Below, piece by piece: positions 7,938 through 17,753 of a stretch of DNA of 18,373 nt. The notes beneath the pieces are model-generated. The model did not search any database and was not told the DNA's origin. It saw nothing but the letters and a program-made list of their open reading frames with translations. Made by a program: the position numbers and the translations under genes. The number at the start of each line of letters is the position of its first letter. Within the stretch, counting starts at the first letter, position 1. This DNA is from Candidatus Hydrothermarchaeota archaeon (lineage in GTDB: Archaea; CAYFZR01): assembly GCA_046760505.1 (NCBI GenBank), contig JBHIEG010000031.1, positions 1-18,373 on the forward strand, read 5' to 3'.

Positions 7938-8705
7938 ATGAGGAAAGCCAGACTATCACTTCTCCTCCTGGTTATTTTACTCGGGGGCTGTATAAAAAAC
8001 ACGGAAAAAAAGATATTGTGGGATGAAAGCCACTTAGAGACCTATTCCATCGAAAAGATTGGCATGTTCGGATACTCTAAGCTTAGAGAAGATCTGGAAA
8101 CGCTTGGTTATAAATCCTTCTCTCATAAGAAGGGCAAGATAACCGATATTGTCCTGAATCAATATGATGCCTTAGTTATTGCATGGCCAACATCTAAGTT
8201 CAGTGGAGAGGAGATACTTGCCATTCAGAAGTGGGTGAAAGATGGAGGCGGCTTATTTCTGATCGGTTCCTCATCTAGCGAGGCTGTCGTTTATTTAAAC
8301 AGCCTTTCAAGAAATTACGGTGTTACATTCAGGCACACAATGGTATGCGATCGGATAAATGATGGATCTGTCTACAAGCCAAAGATTCAAAATCTGGTTC
8401 CTCACCCAATCACGGAAAATGTCTCATATTTCGTCGTTTATTATGGATCATCTTTGGAGACGATAGATCCAAGTATGATACTAGCCACTACGAGTGAGAA
8501 CGGCTGGGCTGATGTAAATCTAGATGGTGAATATCAACCTGGCGAGAAGAAGGGAAGAATACCTGTTTTGGCATCTTATATAGACAGAGAAGGAAGGATT
8601 GTATTCATTTCAGATGGGGACCTGTTCTCAGACGTCTTCATAGAGGAGCATGATAACAAGAAACTGGCGATAAACATAATTAAGTGGTTATTAAAGGAGG
8701 ATTAA
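7938..8705 (+). CDS. Lipoprotein with a GIFT (GldG/IFT52)/DUF4350-like domain
   Basis: Lipobox-like LLGGC, then ILWDESH, GYSKLREDL, YDALVIAWPTSKFSGEEILAIQKWVKDGGGLFLIG, LNSLSRNYGVTF, HPITENV, GRIVFISDGDLF and NKKLAINIIKWL. Confidence 0.8.
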   Translation: MRKARLSLLLLVILLGGCIKNTEKKILWDESHLETYSIEKIGMFGYSKLREDLETLGYKSFSHKKGKITDIVLNQYDALVIAWPTSKFSGEEILAIQKWVKDGGGLFLIGSSSSEAVVYLNSLSRNYGVTFRHTMVCDRINDGSVYKPKIQNLVPHPITENVSYFVVYYGSSLETIDPSMILATTSENGWADVNLDGEYQPGEKKGRIPVLASYIDREGRIVFISDGDLFSDVFIEEHDNKKLAINIIKWLLKED

Positions 8706-8725
8706 TCGACCGGTATATTCATTCT

Positions 8726-8740
8726 GAAAGTATTAAATAC
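8726..8740 (+). promoter_or_regulatory. BRE/TATA promoter, probably giving a leaderless mRNA
   Basis: GAAAG-TATTAAAT lies about 25 nt upstream of the ATG at 8762, with no SD between. Confidence 0.5.
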
Positions 8741-8761
8741 ATAAATCTAAAAGAATGATTT

Positions 8762-9820
8762 ATGCGTAAAAGGAATTACCTGAGATTGTGTCTGATTATA
8801 ATTCCCATCGGTATGATACTGGGATGCATCTCTATACAAGAAAAAATCGATTCTGATAAAGACGGCTGGACCGATGATTACGAAAAATCCATTGGAACAG
8901 ACCCTTTCTCAAAAGACACGGACAAGGATGGAATTCCAGATCCTGAGGATCCAGATCCTCTGGTGCCAGAAGAAAAAGTGAAGCCTCCTATCAAGAAACT
9001 GATCTTATCTCTTCCCGAAGAAAATCTCCCTCAGGGAGTGGAGTGTGACAATTGCAGAGATCCGATTGTCACATTTCCTAGTGAGAATATCAGGCATGTG
9101 ATAGGAGTGTACTCGGTAAAAGGCGTTCCAAGCCTTTATGTCCATATTATAGAGGGTCTGGACAACGCTACTGTAAAATCTGCGATGAATCTGGTTTTAA
9201 AAGACATGGGAATCTCTGGTAATGGTAAGCCTATAAAAATAAATGGTTACAACCTCACATTTTATGAAAACACCGGAAAGATCAGTTATGCGTTTGCCTA
9301 TTCCTCAAATCGTGTTGGCTTAATAACAGATAGTCCCGGGACTGTTGATGTCCAAGTACTTAAAGAAGTCACATTGTTGATTCTAAAGGGACAGAAAACC
9401 ATATCGGCAGTTAAGGTAACTCCACTTTCATTTCCCAAAGAAAATCTACCTGACGGAGTCAGTTTATTCAGGAAGCCAATTTCATTCAAAAAGGAAAATG
9501 TCGAGGCAAAGACGGGAATTTACTTTGTGGGTGAAAAGAGGATTTTCGTCCATATTGTGAGAGGAAGTACTTTAGAGGATACGAAAAAGGAGATGGATAG
9601 AAGATTGAGCGGCATGGGCATAGATAAAGCAAACAAAAGTACTGAAAAAATAAATGGCTTGATCGTTACCAAGTACAAAAACGCGGCAGGAAAATACTAC
9701 ACATTTGGATATATTTATACGTGGTACAAAGGGGAAATAGGCTTTATCGTAGATGCAGTGAAAGGTGTTGATGAAAACACTACCTTAGCAATGGTTAAGA
9801 GGGTAATGGAACTCAATTGA
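8762..9820 (+). CDS. Lipoprotein with TSP3-like Ca-binding repeats and two tandem ~140-aa repeated domains
   Basis: Lipobox-like ILGC, then DSDKDGWTDDYEKSIGTDPFSKDTDKDGIPD (DxDxDG repeats). An internal duplication begins at LSLPEENLPQGV and at LSFPKENLPDGV. Confidence 0.7.
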   Translation: MRKRNYLRLCLIIIPIGMILGCISIQEKIDSDKDGWTDDYEKSIGTDPFSKDTDKDGIPDPEDPDPLVPEEKVKPPIKKLILSLPEENLPQGVECDNCRDPIVTFPSENIRHVIGVYSVKGVPSLYVHIIEGLDNATVKSAMNLVLKDMGISGNGKPIKINGYNLTFYENTGKISYAFAYSSNRVGLITDSPGTVDVQVLKEVTLLILKGQKTISAVKVTPLSFPKENLPDGVSLFRKPISFKKENVEAKTGIYFVGEKRIFVHIVRGSTLEDTKKEMDRRLSGMGIDKANKSTEKINGLIVTKYKNAAGKYYTFGYIYTWYKGEIGFIVDAVKGVDENTTLAMVKRVMELN

Positions 9821-12800
9821 ACTCACCGGAAGAGATCAGCACAGGATGAGTAATTCCTCCACTATCCTTATCTCTCTCCATTCTGTACAATGATCCGGTT
9901 ATTGCATCCTCCAAGGATTCTTCGTGTGTTATCAAAAATATTTGGTCTACAAAATCTGTTATGCCTTCTTTGAGTGTGGATGACAGTTTAGATATGGACA
10001 ACGTATCCAAGTTATGAGTAGGCTCATCTAGTATCAACCAACTCAAATTTCTTGCGAGTACCATAGAGAAAGCAACTCTCATCACAACGCACGCAATAGA
10101 TCTTTCTCCACCACTGGCTAAACCCTCCACATCTATCCATTCTCCATTCCTCTCCTTTAGCTGTAAGATGTAGTCTCCCTTTTCATCTACGAAAAGCCTC
10201 ATATCTTGATAATCACCGTAAGGATACAATTTTTTCCATATATCACTCATAACAGAGTTTACGGCATCTATGAACTCTCTTCTCAATGATATCTGGGTTG
10301 CCTCCAGCGCATCTGAGAATATTTGTATCTGGCCCGATATATATTTCATATTCTCTATTTTCTTTCTTTTTTTCTCGTAATCACTTATTCTTTCTCTTAA
10401 AGTTTCTATATTTTCTAAGTAAATTTTTCTGGTCATATTTTCTCTATTTATTACTCCTTTAAGTTTTTCTCTCTTTTCTACTAACTCATAACTTTTATTT
10501 TTCATTAAGAGTAGCCTTTCAGGATCATATTTTAATTCACTTTGTTTTTCACATGCATGTTCAAGACTCTTTTCAACCTCTTCCAGAATAATTTGGATTT
10601 CTTTTGCTTCTTTGATCTTTTTTAAATCTTCTATTTTCCCCTCAATCTCCTCAAGATCCATCTCAAATTTTTCAATATTGATTCTAGTCTCTTTCAAGAG
10701 TTTTTCCACTATTTTCTTCTCTTTTACTTTCTCTTTTATTTCAATCCCAAGAATTTCAAGATCTGATTTCTTTTTTTTCTTTTCTTCCACGTCTCTTTTT
10801 AGCATTCTGAATTTTTCATAATTTTTTTCTAAATCAGCAATCTTTTCCCTGCATTTAGCGTTAATCAATTTTTTTGAATTCATTAATTCCTGAATAGAAC
10901 TCTTCAGATTATCTATTTTCATTTCCACGTCCTTTAGCCTTTTCTCTACTTTTTGAGCCTCTAATTCGTCTATTTTCTTTTTAATAGAATTTATTTCCTC
11001 TTTTAATCTCTCTAAACTTTCTAATTTCCCTATTGTTACTTGAGACATCGTTAATTCTTTTGTTTTTTTCTCCCTTAATTTCTCAAAATTCTCAAGTTTT
11101 CTAAGCATGTTTTCTTTCTTTCTTTTTAATTTTTTCAATTCAGTCGTTAATTTTTTACATTTTTCCTCTACTTCCTCTTTTTTCAATAATTTTTCATCTA
11201 AAATCTTTTTTTCATGTAAAAGAGCAGAGATTTTTTCTTTTTTCTCTCTCAACCCAGATAACGTTTCTCCCGATTTTTTTATCATCTTTTCCGCTTTTTC
11301 AAGTTCTTCTTTGTAATTTTCAAGTTCCTTTCTGCGATTTTTCTCTATTTCAATCCTTTTTTCAGGGGTTATTTTGGAATCACAAACAGGACATTTTTCT
11401 TTTAAGAATATAAGTTTATTTAGCAGATTATCACTCTCGGTGATGCGAAGCCTTAGCTCCTGCGCATAATTTTTCATTCTCTCGTGCTTCCCTTCCTCTT
11501 CCAGAATAGACTCATTGAACCTATCCAACCCCATAGGGGCTAGATTTTTTAATTCAAGCAGTATATTTTCCTTTTTTATACTCAAATTATTTAAATCAAT
11601 CAACAATTGTTTATTGTACTCTTTTGAGGTGTCAAGATTCTTTATTTCTTCCTCAACCTTGTCTTTGATTCTTTTTATGGTTTTAATTTTTTCTTCTATG
11701 TTTTTTAAACTGTCTTTAATTTCTTCTACCTTTTCCGTGAACTCCTGGGCGCTTAACGTCTCAACTTCTGAGAGCTCTTTTCTTATATCCTTCATTTGTT
11801 CTTCCTTTGACTCTAAAATGGTCTTCAATCTTTTCAAATTATTATTAGTTTCATGTAAAACTTCTTTTTCCAATAATAAACCATTTAAAATAGAATTTTT
11901 CTCACTTATTTCTTTTTCTATATCTTTTTCCCTTGATACGGTTTTTGATATTATTTCATCTATTTCCTCTCTTATTGATTCAAGCGATTTGTATCTATCT
12001 ACGAAGTATTTTAACTCCTTTTCGTTCTCTTCGAGATCCATAACATCTCTTTCAAGGTTTCTTATTTTTTCCTCCATTGATTTTATTTGAGATGATAAAG
12101 ATGCTTCCTCTCTTGTTTTTCTATCTAGAACTTCCCTATTTCTCTTTATCTCTTCCTTTTTTTCTTTTTTCATGAGGTTGAGTTTTTCTATCTCCTCTTC
12201 TATATTCTTTAATTCTAAAAGAGAGGGGTCTATCCCCTCGGTTAAAAAGGATATTTTTTTCTCCAGCTCTTCTTTTCTTTTTTTGAGAAATTCAATTTCA
12301 TTCAGAATTCTGTTGTATTCCTTTTCCAAAGCACTCAGATAATTTAACTCTTTCTTAACAGATTCTATTTCATTCTCGGTATTTTTTATTTCATTGGTGA
12401 TCTTTTTTATCTCCGTGTCTATTTTTTCAATCTTTTTCTCATAATTTTTTATCTCTTCCCTTTCTTTCTCTAGATCGAATCCTTCAATGGCGCTTTCAAG
12501 ACCTTTACAAAAATTATCACATACATTTTTTATTTGATGAGCATTCCTTCTTGCCTGTTCAAATTTCTCTAGCCTTAGAAGTTCATCGATCTTGTTCTTT
12601 CTTTTTCCCTTTGGAATCTCCAAAAATGCATCAATTTTGTTCTGTTCTCCGTATATGGCTCTTGTAAACAATTCGTAGTCAACTTTTAAGGTTCTTTCTA
12701 TAAATTCGGTTACCTTCGTTGAGTTAGGACCTTCAAGGAGCCTGTTATTCTCTTTGTACCTTATTTCAGATAGGACCGTTCCTTTTCCTCTTTCTATGAC

Positions 12801-13076
12801 CCTCTTTACTGTGTATTCTTTCCCATCAGGGGCGATGAAATCCACCGTAACTGTGGAACTCTTTTCTTTGTATGGTTTTCTCATCAATACATCATCTAGG
12901 CGGATCCTCTGAGCCTTCAGTTTAGGAAAAGATCCGAATAAGGCAAATACTATTGCATCCATTACAGAACTCTTACCGGATCCTACGTTACCTACTATTC
13001 CGTTACTCCCATCTGAAAAATAGAGTTCACTGTTTCTGTGACACTTCCAGTTCTTTAGTGATACCCTAGTTATCAT
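9813..13076 (-). CDS. rad50: DNA double-strand break repair ATPase Rad50
   Basis: Walker A GNVGSGKSS, Q-loop (IYGEQNKID), long coiled coil, central zinc hook CPVC (about residue 562 of 1087), signature ASGGE, Walker B/D-loop LILDEPTHNLD and H-loop ITHE. ATGA-coupled to mre11. Confidence 0.95.
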   Translation of the reverse strand: MITRVSLKNWKCHRNSELYFSDGSNGIVGNVGSGKSSVMDAIVFALFGSFPKLKAQRIRLDDVLMRKPYKEKSSTVTVDFIAPDGKEYTVKRVIERGKGTVLSEIRYKENNRLLEGPNSTKVTEFIERTLKVDYELFTRAIYGEQNKIDAFLEIPKGKRKNKIDELLRLEKFEQARRNAHQIKNVCDNFCKGLESAIEGFDLEKEREEIKNYEKKIEKIDTEIKKITNEIKNTENEIESVKKELNYLSALEKEYNRILNEIEFLKKRKEELEKKISFLTEGIDPSLLELKNIEEEIEKLNLMKKEKKEEIKRNREVLDRKTREEASLSSQIKSMEEKIRNLERDVMDLEENEKELKYFVDRYKSLESIREEIDEIISKTVSREKDIEKEISEKNSILNGLLLEKEVLHETNNNLKRLKTILESKEEQMKDIRKELSEVETLSAQEFTEKVEEIKDSLKNIEEKIKTIKRIKDKVEEEIKNLDTSKEYNKQLLIDLNNLSIKKENILLELKNLAPMGLDRFNESILEEEGKHERMKNYAQELRLRITESDNLLNKLIFLKEKCPVCDSKITPEKRIEIEKNRRKELENYKEELEKAEKMIKKSGETLSGLREKKEKISALLHEKKILDEKLLKKEEVEEKCKKLTTELKKLKRKKENMLRKLENFEKLREKKTKELTMSQVTIGKLESLERLKEEINSIKKKIDELEAQKVEKRLKDVEMKIDNLKSSIQELMNSKKLINAKCREKIADLEKNYEKFRMLKRDVEEKKKKKSDLEILGIEIKEKVKEKKIVEKLLKETRINIEKFEMDLEEIEGKIEDLKKIKEAKEIQIILEEVEKSLEHACEKQSELKYDPERLLLMKNKSYELVEKREKLKGVINRENMTRKIYLENIETLRERISDYEKKRKKIENMKYISGQIQIFSDALEATQISLRREFIDAVNSVMSDIWKKLYPYGDYQDMRLFVDEKGDYILQLKERNGEWIDVEGLASGGERSIACVVMRVAFSMVLARNLSWLILDEPTHNLDTLSISKLSSTLKEGITDFVDQIFLITHEESLEDAITGSLYRMERDKDSGGITHPVLISSGEFN

Positions 13077-14266
13077 TCCTCTTTCTCCAAATGCAAAATC
13101 TTTTCTATAGATTTTTCGTCTCCCTTAAGCAGGAGTTCATAAATTTCTTCTGTTTCTATTTTCAGTGAAAAATCTCTCTTTTTCAATTCCGATTTTAAAA
13201 TTTCAATTCCTAGGTCCTCGATTGAAAATCTTTTGCTCCTTAGACCCCTTAGAAAATCAATCTTTGACTCTCCCGGAGTTCTAAGTTCGACGTCTTTGCT
13301 GAGAATAAGGTTCGGAAAATCATTTTCCAAAGCATTTAGATCTGGCTTTGAGTTTGCATAGCCCCTCAATTTTATCTTTACGAGTGGTTTTTTACCTTTG
13401 AAATTAATACTTGCCAGATATTCTTTTACCTTATCCACTATTTCTTCCTGGCTTGCATTCTCAAAAAAGAAGGATTTAAAATAAAACTGGCGGGGTGTTT
13501 TCAGTCTTATGAACTTTGACCGGTATGGGAAGTCTATGATGTAGAAACCCTTGGGTTTTAACTCTTTTTTTCTTAATTGAGTTCTTTCTGTACTGCCAGG
13601 TATTAAAAAGGGGGTTCCGCATGGATGCCTATCCTCAACGTTCCAGTGGATGTGACCATTTATGATTAAATCAAAGTGCGAGGGAAGATCCTCCATTCTA
13701 ATTGTCGGAGGATCCCTTGCTGAATAGATGAATGGATGTATTGATTGATGGAGCATGAGTATGTTTATTGCATCCTCAAAAGGCTTGGGATCCCACTTCT
13801 TCAGCGCATTAAGTGCATATCTTTCTGGAACTCCGCTCAGTCCATGTATAGCGATTTTTTCTTCGTTCTTAAAAACGATGGATGAGCGATGTAGATGTAT
13901 CATGTATCCAGCAGCAGCCATAGTTTTAACAGGATTTGTCTCACCAACCACCTTTCTTTCATGAGTTCCATGAATCGCTACGACTGGAATTCCCTTCAAG
14001 GCGAGAGGAGAAAATTCAGAGTTGCAAGATAAAAGTTTAATGGTAGAAGATGATTGGAGAGCATGGGCAAATATCTTAAATGCTCTGGAAAAAACCTCCT
14101 GAGATGGATTTTTAGAGTTGAATATATCTCCTGCGATGAGTATTATATCCGGGTTAAAGGAGATTGCAGAGAGAATTGCCTCTTCCGCTTGGATAAAACT
14201 GTCATCCCATCTCTCTGTACCATATCCGAAGCCAAGATGCATATCCGAGATTACTGCTATCCTCAT
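13073..14266 (-). CDS. mre11: DNA double-strand break repair nuclease Mre11 (SbcD family)
   Basis: Phosphoesterase motifs SDMHLG, AGDIF, HGTHE, MLHQ, NGHIH and PGS. Located immediately upstream of rad50. Confidence 0.93.
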   Translation of the reverse strand: MRIAVISDMHLGFGYGTERWDDSFIQAEEAILSAISFNPDIILIAGDIFNSKNPSQEVFSRAFKIFAHALQSSSTIKLLSCNSEFSPLALKGIPVVAIHGTHERKVVGETNPVKTMAAAGYMIHLHRSSIVFKNEEKIAIHGLSGVPERYALNALKKWDPKPFEDAINILMLHQSIHPFIYSARDPPTIRMEDLPSHFDLIINGHIHWNVEDRHPCGTPFLIPGSTERTQLRKKELKPKGFYIIDFPYRSKFIRLKTPRQFYFKSFFFENASQEEIVDKVKEYLASINFKGKKPLVKIKLRGYANSKPDLNALENDFPNLILSKDVELRTPGESKIDFLRGLRSKRFSIEDLGIEILKSELKKRDFSLKIETEEIYELLLKGDEKSIEKILHLEKEE

Positions 14267-14277
14267 TTGATCACTGA

Positions 14278-15192
14278 CTAGCAGTATACCGATCGAAGCA
14301 GGTCAAAGCTTGTGATCATTCCCACGATCTTGCCATTTTCTAAGACAGGTAAGCCTCCTACCGACTTTTCATCCATTATACGTGCTACATTGCCCATATC
14401 TTCCTCAGGACTTGTGTATATCACATCCCTGCTCATGAATTTTTCTATGGATATGTTCATTATGTCCCAGCCATCACATATCGTACAGTGATCGAATATT
14501 TCTCCCTTTCCAAGAGCCCTGATGAGGTCGCTAGTTGATATTATTCCAACCAACTCATTTTCATGTAGAACAGGCAATCTTCTGTAACCCTTAGAAATAA
14601 TCAACTTCGCAACATCAATCAGTCTTTGATCAGGATTCGCAGTGACAACTTTTTTGCTCATAAATTCCCTTACATTAAATCCAGCAATGTTTCCGCTTAT
14701 ATAATGCAAGAAATCCCTCTCGCTAACAAAGCCTATTACCTTCCCTTCTTCATTTGTTACGGGTAGACCGCCAACTTTGTTCTTCACGATCTTTTCTATG
14801 GCTTCTTCTACAGTAGTATCTTCCCCAATGGAGATGACTTCCTTTGACATTATTTCCCTTACTGAAAGGTTTATGGCAGCAAAAAAGTTACCCTGGCATT
14901 TTCTTTCAATGATTTTATATTTTTCGCCTCCCCCCAAAAAATTAACTATATCAGAGGCAGACAAAATGCCAATCATTCGTCTTGTACCGGAATCCACGAT
15001 CGGAAGCCTTCTTATCTTATGGTTGATCATAGTGTCCGCGGCATTAATTATTTTTGTTGTTACAGGAACCGTAACAGGAGTTTTTTTGACAAAAAACATG
15101 ATTTCTTTTTCTTTTTCAGAAATTCTGCTCTCAAACTCGAGAGGACGTCTATCTAAACTTTTTCTGAGGTTCAGTAGACTTTTCCTTCTCAT
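14278..15192 (-). CDS. Four-CBS-domain protein (MJ1225-like, AMPK-gamma-like adenine nucleotide sensor)
   Basis: Four CBS units (IRRLPIVD, VGGLPVT, YRRLPVL, VGGLPVL). DIVNFLGGGEKY...GNFFAAINLSVREIM is characteristic of this archaeal family. SD GGAGGAGG. Confidence 0.9.
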   Translation of the reverse strand: MRRKSLLNLRKSLDRRPLEFESRISEKEKEIMFFVKKTPVTVPVTTKIINAADTMINHKIRRLPIVDSGTRRMIGILSASDIVNFLGGGEKYKIIERKCQGNFFAAINLSVREIMSKEVISIGEDTTVEEAIEKIVKNKVGGLPVTNEEGKVIGFVSERDFLHYISGNIAGFNVREFMSKKVVTANPDQRLIDVAKLIISKGYRRLPVLHENELVGIISTSDLIRALGKGEIFDHCTICDGWDIMNISIEKFMSRDVIYTSPEEDMGNVARIMDEKSVGGLPVLENGKIVGMITSFDLLRSVYC

Positions 15193-15250
15193 GTATCCTC
15201 CTCCATCCTCTATTTTTTATGTTTCTCATGACGTAAATACTTTGTCAGAT

Positions 15251-15919
15251 TCAGATCTTCCTGCAAACAACTAAGATGTAGGTACCAAATCTGTTGAATG
15301 GGAAGAATTTTGAAAAAAACGAGTCCATTTTTTCAATTAATTTATCTTTTAGACCGTACCTAACCTTTTCTTTGTATATTGGAGATGAAAAAACGAATAT
15401 TCCTTGAAAGAAGGAGGGTTCAAACAGACCTTCCATGCTTTTCTTGAGGTCATTTAGCGAGTAATATTTTGTCAGAACTGAGAACTCTTTATCTTTTATC
15501 CTTACTCTTATTTTTCCAGCCTTCTTCCTCATTTTTTTTCTCAAAAAATTAATACCTCTTTTCCTTAAGATCTTAATCATCCAAGGTAAGGCATAGAGGT
15601 TTGCGATTGAAAATATGAAAATCCCATTTGGTTTCAGAACCCTGTCGACTTCTTTCATGCACCTATTCAGTTCAACATGGTTTAACACGCCAAACATTGA
15701 GATTACAGAATCGAAAGAAGAGTTCTTGAATGGAAGGCAATCAGCGCTACCTAAAACAAGAAGTTTTTTCCCTTTTCTCTTAGCCTTTAAGAGCATGTTG
15801 TGGGATATGTCCAATCCAACGAATCCATCTCTTAAGTAATAACCTGTTCCACACCCTAGATCAAGGATTTTTTCTCCTCTCAAGGAATCTGTCAAAATCT
15901 CTGCTTCTCTTCTTCTCAT
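15251..15919 (-). CDS. Class I SAM-dependent methyltransferase (Methyltransf_11-like); its N-terminus lies in another frame (15996-15916)
   Basis: ILDLGCGTG (motif I), VGLDISHNML, ADCLPFKNSSFDSVIS and RVLKPNGIFIFS. No SD before ATG 15919. Confidence 0.85.
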   Translation of the reverse strand: MRRREAEILTDSLRGEKILDLGCGTGYYLRDGFVGLDISHNMLLKAKRKGKKLLVLGSADCLPFKNSSFDSVISMFGVLNHVELNRCMKEVDRVLKPNGIFIFSIANLYALPWMIKILRKRGINFLRKKMRKKAGKIRVRIKDKEFSVLTKYYSLNDLKKSMEGLFEPSFFQGIFVFSSPIYKEKVRYGLKDKLIEKMDSFFSKFFPFNRFGTYILVVCRKI

Positions 15920-15995
15920 ATATTGAAAAAAGGGTTAGAGTACCTCTCATCGTGTATCTGCGAGAGAGCATCGTAGTATTCCATTATTTTCTTCA

Positions 15996-15996
<1 letters not shown>
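15916..15996 (-). other. Out-of-frame 5' segment of the methyltransferase gene (26 codons)
   Basis: ATG 15996 overlaps the nadM stop (TGATG) and reads MKKIMEYYDALSQIHDERYSNPFFNI*. This is a YYD..a..yD-type methyltransferase N-terminus. A -1 shift at the T6 run joins it to the main ORF. Confidence 0.75.
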
Positions 15997-17334
<1,338 letters not shown>

Positions 17335-17375
17335 ATTTTTTTAATAATAAGCATACCTTAAAAATTGTTATATTT

Positions 17376-17387
17376 CGAACATGTTCG
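17376..17387. promoter_or_regulatory. Perfect 12-bp palindrome CGAACATGTTCG, candidate operator
   Basis: Read directly in the divergent intergenic region between DUF62 and the wHTH gene, just upstream of the minus-strand TATA-like TTTTTAAG (about 17364-17357). Confidence 0.4.
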
Positions 17388-17435
17388 TAGTAACGATTAT
17401 ACCATGAAGTGACAATAATTTTTCATCGAACTATC

Positions 17436-17729
17436 ATGAGATTTACCACCCAAATGACAAAAATTTTGTTGGTTTTAAGAAAAAATGCAGAAGGATTGAC
17501 TGAGAGGAAAATAATCGAGAAAAGTGAAGGACTGGCTAATCTGGAAAGAAAACATTTAGCATCCCTCAAGGTGAGTTACAGGAGAAACATAAAGAAACTA
17601 ATCTCTCGAGGTCTGGTTACAAAAGAAAAAAACAGGTACAAACTAACTGGAGAAGGAATAGATCAAGCCCAGAAGGCTTATAATGATATAAAGAATCGTT
17701 GCAGAGAGTATCAACATTTAGTTGGCTAA
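17436..17729 (+). CDS. Small basic winged helix-turn-helix protein, putative transcriptional regulator
   Basis: KILLVL...GLTERKI...RRNIKKLISRGLVTKEKNRYKLTGEG matches the wHTH recognition helix and wing (L...GLV....Y.LT..G). ATG 17436 is preferred over GTG 17409. Confidence 0.7.
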   Translation: MRFTTQMTKILLVLRKNAEGLTERKIIEKSEGLANLERKHLASLKVSYRRNIKKLISRGLVTKEKNRYKLTGEGIDQAQKAYNDIKNRCREYQHLVG

Positions 17730-17753
17730 CCAAATACTTTAATAATTGTCTGC

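Noticed and set aside
10612-12090. Phe/Ser/Ile-rich plus-strand ORFs and T-rich low-complexity sequence
   Set aside because: They are the antisense consequence of Lys/Glu-rich Rad50 coiled-coil codons, not a repeat element.
9813-14266. SMC + nuclease as a Wadjet/Lamassu-type defence system
   Set aside because: The zinc hook and Mre11 phosphoesterase partner identify Rad50/Mre11. No kleisin, KITE or effector genes are present.
17376-17387. A bona fide LexA/SOS box
   Set aside because: The spacer is 2 nt, not 4, and no LexA-like protein is visible. It is kept only as a generic palindrome.
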